Source of the DNA: Pyrobaculum aerophilum str. IM2
GTDB lineage: Archaea > Thermoproteota > Thermoprotei > Thermoproteales > Thermoproteaceae
Assembly (NCBI RefSeq): GCF_000007225.1
Contig: NC_003364.1
Location: forward strand, 960,001 to 992,000
Direction of reading: 5' to 3'
Length of the DNA stretch: 32,000 nucleotides
The notes under the pieces are model-generated. The model did no database searches. It was not told the origin of the DNA and worked only from the letters and a program-made list of their open reading frames with translations. The translations under genes and the position numbers were made by a program. This document shows, one piece after another, positions 26,947 through 32,000 of this stretch; position 1 is the first letter of the stretch; every line of letters begins with the position of its first letter.

Positions 26947-27491
26947 CTACTGTCTGTACGCGAGGCGCGCCCTCCGGCTCTGGCCCCAAACGTGGCGCTC
27001 AAGAGGTGGCCAGTTCACTGGCATGTATGTGGCGGAGCTACAGGCTACAAGGGATAGGGGGATAGGGTCTAACTGCCAAGGCCGCAAGGCCAGAGGTCTA
27101 AAGCCGCAGTAGGAAAATTTATCCCTTGCTGAAGGCGTGGCAATTAGTGTGTCAAGATAGTGCGGCGTTTCCCAATGTGAAAAGCCCGGCCCCAGGTCCG
27201 TTACCCAGGACAGAACCCAGCGCCGGTTATACGCCATGCTAAACGCCGAGAAATAAGACACAATAGCCCGGGCAACAAGCCATCCTTCAAAAGAAGCAGA
27301 CATAGCCCCGGGGTGTGAAAGGGGTAAAACCTATCTAGCGCCGTTGCATTAAGCGACTATCCACATGTAAACATAGCGACTATCGCCTCAAGGCATTTGA
27401 ATGCGCCGATAAATTTAATATACCTCCTCTCTGAGGGTATAGGATGAATGGAGGTTTCCGGGGCGAGGGGTGAGCGGAGCCGTAGTTCTGA

Positions 27492-27899
27492 CTAGTAGAA
27501 GTCTATTATATCGGCGTTTAAGACGCTTATAATCGGAATATCGAGGGGTATGAAATACGCCGTTCTCCCCGGCAACCTCGGCGACGCCACTATGCCTTTC
27601 TTGCCGTAAAACGCCGCGCCGATTAGCAAATTCCTGCGCGGGAAGAAAAGCCACCCAGTTCCGAAGAGCTTTTCATTTATTTTTATATATACCCCCTCAA
27701 TATCGTTTATTTTTATTTTTTTGGAGATATTTCTCTTCAAAAGTTTTTTAATATAGATATCTACCTTATCACAAGGGATTTTTTTAATAGATAAGTTTTT
27801 GTTTACTATATCTTTAATAATAATTATACATTTATTTCTTCTATACTTATTTCTATAAATCTTGATGTTTAATTGCCTACTGCCGCTGTTCATATCCAT
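27492..27899 (-). CDS. Hypothetical protein (N-terminal half encoded by very AT-rich DNA)
   Basis: 135-aa ORF with an AT box 12-28 nt upstream of its ATG. The C-terminal half looks protein-like ([41 protein letters not shown]). The N-terminal half is K/I/N-rich low complexity. Confidence 0.3.
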   Translation of the reverse strand: MDMNSGSRQLNIKIYRNKYRRNKCIIIIKDIVNKNLSIKKIPCDKVDIYIKKLLKRNISKKIKINDIEGVYIKINEKLFGTGWLFFPRRNLLIGAAFYGKKGIVASPRLPGRTAYFIPLDIPIISVLNADIIDFY

Positions 27900-27910
27900 G
27901 GACCAGCGAA

Positions 27911-27927
27911 ATATTTAATTATATATT
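27911..27927. promoter_or_regulatory. Shared AT box between divergent genes (27899 minus, 27941 plus)
   Basis: ATATTTAATTATATATT lies 14-30 nt from the malic enzyme GTG and 12-28 nt from the minus-strand ATG. Confidence 0.4.
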
Positions 27928-27940
27928 AGTTATTGTCTTT

Positions 27941-29245
27941 GTGACGGAAAAATGGTACCAGCTCTCCGTAGAAATACATAGAAAATACGGAGGTAAGATA
28001 TCCATCACGCCTAAAGTCCCCATTAGATCTATGGACGACTTCGCCATATACTACACCCCTGGCATTGCAGAGGTCTCCCGACAGATACATAAAAACCCAG
28101 AGTTGGCCTTTGAGCTGACCTCTAGGTGGAATATCATAGGCGTCATTACGGACGGCACCAGAGTGCTGGGCCTTGGCAACATCGGACCAGAGGCGGCATA
28201 CCCAGTCATGGAGGGAAAAGCGCTTATTTTTAAATACCTGGGGGGAGTTGACGCAGTTCCAATACCAATTAGGGTAAAGACACAGGAGGAGTTCGTCTTT
28301 GTCGCAAAGGCGCTGGAGCCTGCTTTAGGCGGGATAAATCTTGAGGACATCGAATCGCCGAAATGCTTCTACCTCCTGGAACGGCTGAGGGAGGAGTTGC
28401 GCATCCCCGTGTGGCACGACGACCAGCAAGGCACGGCGACGGCGACTCTCGCAGGCTTAATTAACGCGCTGAAGCTCGTGGGGAAGAAAATTAGCGACGT
28501 CACAATAGCCCTTATAGGCGCAGGCGCCTCAAATATATACACAGCGAGAATTCTCATAAAATACGGCGCAAAGCCGGGCAATCTCATATTAGTGGACAGC
28601 AGGGGCATATTACACCCAGAGCGGGATGACATAGATAAATTGATGATAGAAAACCCCTGGAAGTATAAATACGCCATTGAGACTAATGCAGAAAGGCGCA
28701 AGGGAGGGATACCGGAGGCCATGAGGGGCGCCGACGTGGTCATCGCCGCGTCTAGCCCAGGGCCAGGCGTTATTAAAAAGGAGTGGGTCGCCTCTATGAA
28801 TAAAGACGCCATTGTATTCGCCTTAGCTAATCCAGTGCCGGAGATATGGCCGTGGGAGGCTAAAGAGGCGGGCGCGAAAATAGTGGCAACGGGCAGAAGC
28901 GACTTCCCCAATCAAGTGAACAACTCCCTGATTTTCCCCGCGGTTTTCAGAGGAGCTCTTGACGTAAGAGCGACGGCTATAACCGACGAGATGTTAATCG
29001 CAGCCGCCGAAGAGGTTGCTAAATTCGCCGAAGAGAAAGGCATACACGAAGAGTACATAATCCCCAAAATGACGGAGTGGGAAGTATACGTGAGAGAGGC
29101 GGCGGCGGTGGCGGCCACAGCATCCGCCCAGAAGGTGGCCAGAATACCAAGATCATATAAAGAGGAGCTTGAAATTGCCGGCAGTATTATTGGAAAAAGC
29201 ATTAAGATGTTAGAAGTTCTAATGATGGAGAAAATTATTGAATAA
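27941..29245 (+). CDS. NAD(P)-dependent malic enzyme
   Basis: 434 aa, short prokaryotic malic enzyme form: [56 protein letters not shown]. Confidence 0.9.
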   Translation: MTEKWYQLSVEIHRKYGGKISITPKVPIRSMDDFAIYYTPGIAEVSRQIHKNPELAFELTSRWNIIGVITDGTRVLGLGNIGPEAAYPVMEGKALIFKYLGGVDAVPIPIRVKTQEEFVFVAKALEPALGGINLEDIESPKCFYLLERLREELRIPVWHDDQQGTATATLAGLINALKLVGKKISDVTIALIGAGASNIYTARILIKYGAKPGNLILVDSRGILHPERDDIDKLMIENPWKYKYAIETNAERRKGGIPEAMRGADVVIAASSPGPGVIKKEWVASMNKDAIVFALANPVPEIWPWEAKEAGAKIVATGRSDFPNQVNNSLIFPAVFRGALDVRATAITDEMLIAAAEEVAKFAEEKGIHEEYIIPKMTEWEVYVREAAAVAATASAQKVARIPRSYKEELEIAGSIIGKSIKMLEVLMMEKIIE

Positions 29246-29249
29246 TTTT

Positions 29250-30479
29250 TTATCTCTGTTCAAGCGGGATGTATTGTAAATCGTGGGGGCCAATATAGCA
29301 AGCCCTAGGCCTGAATATCCTGTTGTTCTCCCAGTACTCCAAGACGTGCGCAACCCAGCCCACTACTCTAGACATGGCGAATATTGGGGTGAAGTACTCA
29401 TACGGTATCCCCATGTAATAAAACGCTATTCCGGACCAGAAGTCGACGTTTGGGTATAGCTTCCGCTGTTGGAAATAGGGGTGGCTCAGTACTTCTTGCT
29501 CTATGGCGCTGGCGATTGCAAACAAGTTTTGGGGATCGCCGAATTTGGCTACATAATCTCTTGAAAACTCTTTAAATATCTTGGCCCTTGGATCATATGC
29601 CTTATATACGCGGTGGCCGACGCCCATTAACTTTGGCCCGCCTGGCTTAGTCGCCGCCTCTACTATCTCCTTGGCCTTAGCCGGAGTGCCTATTTCGAGG
29701 TAGTTCCTAACGGCCATTTCATTAGCCCCGCCGTGCAACGGGCCTTTAAGTGCGGCTATTGCAGCGGCTACTGAGGAGTAGAGGTCGCTCAGCGTAGACG
29801 CAACGACGTGGGCAGCGAAAGTGCTGGCGGGGACCTCGTGATCTGCGTGGAGTATTAAGTAGAGATCTATCCCCCTCGAGGCAAGGGGATCTGGCTCTCT
29901 GCCGAACATCATGTAGAGAAAGTTCGCCGCGTGTCCCAAATCGTCTCTAGGCCTTACTACCTCTAGTCCACGCGAGAATCTGTAGTGATACGCCACTATT
30001 GTCGGCATTTTGGCCACAAGCTTCTCGGCTATTCTATACGCAAGCTCCTTCTCCTCGGCTTTATACCTGCCTACTGATAACGCCTCTATTAATTTCTGGT
30101 TGTCTTCATCGTACGCGCCCTCCGCCGCCACAGCCGCCTCTAGCGCAAACATGGGATGGGCCTTGGCGAGGTTTCTAATTACCTCAACTGTCGCCGGGTG
30201 GAGCTCTCTGTATTTTTTCATTCTATTAATGTAATCTTCAAGCTCCCTCTTCGTCGGCAACCTCCCATATAGAATGAGGTACGAGACCTCTTCATAAGTA
30301 GAGAGCCTGGCCAACTCTTCTATCCTATACCCTCTGTACCAAAGAATGCCCTTCTCGCCGTCTATATCGCTTATTGATGTGCTTTTTATCAAAACGTCTT
30401 CTAAACCGTGAATAATGGGACCACAGGGAGACTGAAGAATTTTACCCGTAGTTTTTACCTGAACAGTTTGTTCACTCAT
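29250..30479 (-). CDS. gltA: Citrate synthase
   Basis: 409 aa with ILWYRGYRIEELA, LILHADHEVPASTF, LKGPLHGGANE and GVGHRVYK. Cys19 and Cys394 are present. Confidence 0.95.
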   Translation of the reverse strand: MSEQTVQVKTTGKILQSPCGPIIHGLEDVLIKSTSISDIDGEKGILWYRGYRIEELARLSTYEEVSYLILYGRLPTKRELEDYINRMKKYRELHPATVEVIRNLAKAHPMFALEAAVAAEGAYDEDNQKLIEALSVGRYKAEEKELAYRIAEKLVAKMPTIVAYHYRFSRGLEVVRPRDDLGHAANFLYMMFGREPDPLASRGIDLYLILHADHEVPASTFAAHVVASTLSDLYSSVAAAIAALKGPLHGGANEMAVRNYLEIGTPAKAKEIVEAATKPGGPKLMGVGHRVYKAYDPRAKIFKEFSRDYVAKFGDPQNLFAIASAIEQEVLSHPYFQQRKLYPNVDFWSGIAFYYMGIPYEYFTPIFAMSRVVGWVAHVLEYWENNRIFRPRACYIGPHDLQYIPLEQR

Positions 30480-30606
30480 ATGGGCATTTTAATATTAATG
30501 AATAATTTACATTGACTTTAGATAATTGCGTAAGTAGTTTTCACATAAGTCGAATCAGATAGGATGCCGACAGTCATACCTCCTCCGGGTTCTAATCATC
30601 ACAAAA

Positions 30607-31191
30607 TCAAAACACCCTTAGAATATTAATACATCTCCACTCCAGGGGAGTTAGGACGTCGGCAAAGGTGTCGCCGCAAGCAACGATTACAGAGGCGTCT
30701 CGGCGCACACGCGATTTCAAAGCCTCGGCGAGGGCAACGTCGTAGTGCTCTAAGGGCTCTCCAATAGGGGGTATCAGGAGGTTTCCTCCCCTTGACTCCA
30801 CTATTAAAACGCCGCATGAGCCAAGCCTTATTAGCGAGTCGCGGGTTTTTAAAACATCGCCTACCTCCCCCTCGACGACGTGGGCCACGCACCTTTTCCC
30901 ACATAGTAATTTTCTAGCCTCGTCTACTGTGAACATGCCGGATATTCCGCATAAATTCAACGCGTCTCTGAGGAAGATCTCGCCCTGCTCTGATATTTTC
31001 ACCCCGCCTTTTAAAACTATCACATGGCCTAAGTCCTTGCCGCCTTCCAGCAACGTCCTTACCACTCCCTCCCCGATTCTGAGCTCTTCTGCGAGGTTTT
31101 TCCTTCCCCTGGGGGTCCTCGAGGCGCTGAGAATAGCCAGCATTTGCAAATAGGCCACCTCTCTAGCCCTCACGTGCTGTACTACACACAC
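30607..31191 (-). CDS. Conserved hypothetical protein with N-terminal wHTH-like segment
   Basis: 194-aa ORF. GRKNLAEELRIGEGVVRTLL looks like an HTH. The start is uncertain: GTG 31191, GTG 31173 or ATG 31143. Confidence 0.4.
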   Translation of the reverse strand: MCVVQHVRAREVAYLQMLAILSASRTPRGRKNLAEELRIGEGVVRTLLEGGKDLGHVIVLKGGVKISEQGEIFLRDALNLCGISGMFTVDEARKLLCGKRCVAHVVEGEVGDVLKTRDSLIRLGSCGVLIVESRGGNLLIPPIGEPLEHYDVALAEALKSRVRRDASVIVACGDTFADVLTPLEWRCINILRVF

Positions 31192-31192
31192 C

Positions 31193-31207
31193 TTAAAAAG
31201 TTTTTAA
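31193..31207. promoter_or_regulatory. Shared AT box between divergent genes (TIP49-like plus, hypothetical minus)
   Basis: CTTAAAAAGTTTTTAAA region, 23-37 nt upstream of the ATG at 31230. Confidence 0.35.
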
Positions 31208-31229
31208 ACGGGATATGTAGTGCCGAATT

Positions 31230-32000
31230 ATGTCCATAAAGATTGAAGAGGTTAAAACTCAGTTTGAGCGTTTCGCCGCCCACAGCCATATAAAAGGCCT
31301 GGGCGTGAGGGATGGGAAAGTGGAATTTATAGGCGATGGCTTTGTCGGCCAAGTGGAGGCCCGCGAGGCGGCGTATATAGTTGTGAAGATGATAAAGGAG
31401 GGTAAATTCGCCGGTAAGGGCGTATTAATCGTAGGTCCCCCCGGCACTGGGAAAACGGCGTTGGCTTTGGGAATTGCGAGAGAGCTCGGCTCAGAGACGC
31501 CTTTTGTTGCGCTGTCAGGCGGCGAGATTTACTCGCTAGAAGTAAAGAAGTCGGAATTCCTTATGCGGGCACTACGCAGGGCAATTGGGATTAAGGTGAG
31601 GGAGTGGAGGAAGGTTTACGAGGGAGAGGTGAGGTCAATAGAACTGCGATACGGAAAGCATCCATACAACCCCTATTTACAGAGGGTAATGGGGGCCACT
31701 ATTAAATTGAGGACTAGAGACGAAGAGAAAGTTTTGCGAATTCCCGCGGAGATAGCTCAGCAGATTATTGAACTAGGAGTCGAAGAGGGCGATATCATTA
31801 TGATAGACGAGGAAACCGGCGCGGTGTCTGTTTTAGGTAGGGGAGAAGGCGGAGAGCAATACGACGTCGCGATTAAGAGAAGGGCGGAGCTGCCCAAGGG
31901 CCCCGTGTACAAGGAGAAAGAGATAGTGAGGTTTTTCACTCTGCACGATATAGACGTCTCTCTGGCGAGGCAGAGAGGCCTCATCTCGGCGATGATTTTC
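31230..32000 (+). CDS. TIP49/RuvB-like AAA+ ATPase (partial, runs off the window)
   Basis: My own translation from ATG 31230 gives MSIKIEEVKTQFERFAAHSHIKGLGV...[49 protein letters not shown]. It stays open to the window end. Confidence 0.85.
   Translation, partial: MSIKIEEVKTQFERFAAHSHIKGLGVRDGKVEFIGDGFVGQVEAREAAYIVVKMIKEGKFAGKGVLIVGPPGTGKTALALGIARELGSETPFVALSGGEIYSLEVKKSEFLMRALRRAIGIKVREWRKVYEGEVRSIELRYGKHPYNPYLQRVMGATIKLRTRDEEKVLRIPAEIAQQIIELGVEEGDIIMIDEETGAVSVLGRGEGGEQYDVAIKRRAELPKGPVYKEKEIVRFFTLHDIDVSLARQRGLISAMIF

Noticed and set aside
27176-27233. RNase P RNA call based on the CR-V-like ACAGAACCC..CCGGTTAT and the CR-I-like GTGAAAAGCCCGG
   Set aside because: The two motifs are only ~20 nt apart, which leaves no room for P5/P15. 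I found no canonical GGAAAGTCC at a sensible upstream position, and I could not form a P2 helix. A 9-mer match is also expected by chance at this scale. I kept this only as part of the structured-gap finding.
26947-27303. 118-aa minus-strand ORF as a real gene
   Set aside because: It is Trp/Arg/Ser-rich with a random-looking sequence. It has no AT box at the right distance and no recognisable motif, and it overlaps the stem-rich region.
26950-27310. SRP (7S) RNA in the gap after egsA
   Set aside because: I found no long-range 5'/3' complementarity for helix 5 on either strand, and no helix-8-type GGAA loop with AGCA/CAGG internal loops.

Overview
This 32-kb window looks like chromosome from a Pyrobaculum-type hyperthermophilic crenarchaeon. 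From memory, the best fit is Pyrobaculum aerophilum. The citrate synthase has Cys19 and Cys394, which I recall as that enzyme's disulfide pair, and the repeated genes resemble what I recall as the paREP2a/paREP2b families. Gene starts sit about 20-30 nt from AT boxes, consistent with leaderless transcripts, and GTG/TTG starts are frequent.

Housekeeping genes fill 1-9543, 17064-19001 and 22330-32000: ribosomal protein L13e, TFB, RFC small subunit, a DRG-type GTPase, a crotonase-family protein, isocitrate dehydrogenase, GNAT, NMD3-like, PheRS beta, PDCD5-like, YbaK-like, archease, hexulose-phosphate-synthase-like, archaeal adenylate kinase, DJ-1-like, G1P dehydrogenase, malic enzyme, citrate synthase and TIP49.

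The accessory part is 9544-17050 plus 19003-22330. It holds three copies of one divergent two-gene cassette: a large paREP2b-like gene on the minus strand and a small paREP2a-like gene on the plus strand. One copy is long and two are internal-deletion derivatives. A C5 cytosine methyltransferase and a divergent PD-(D/E)XK nuclease, a candidate type II R-M pair, lie between cassettes 1 and 2.

Main observations:
- Cassettes 1 and 3 are bracketed by direct repeats of 50 bp and 20 bp. These repeats duplicate the 3' ends of the flanking genes, and every mismatch between copies is synonymous.
- A 445-bp tract is identical between the two otherwise diverged large genes, which points to recent gene conversion.
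- That tract covers a LAGLIDADG-like helix/beta-hairpin module. This call is by eye only.
- The long copy of the large gene appears split by a single frameshift.
- A roughly 470-bp gap after egsA has no credible gene but has nested stems.

I saw no CRISPR array, rRNA or tRNA.
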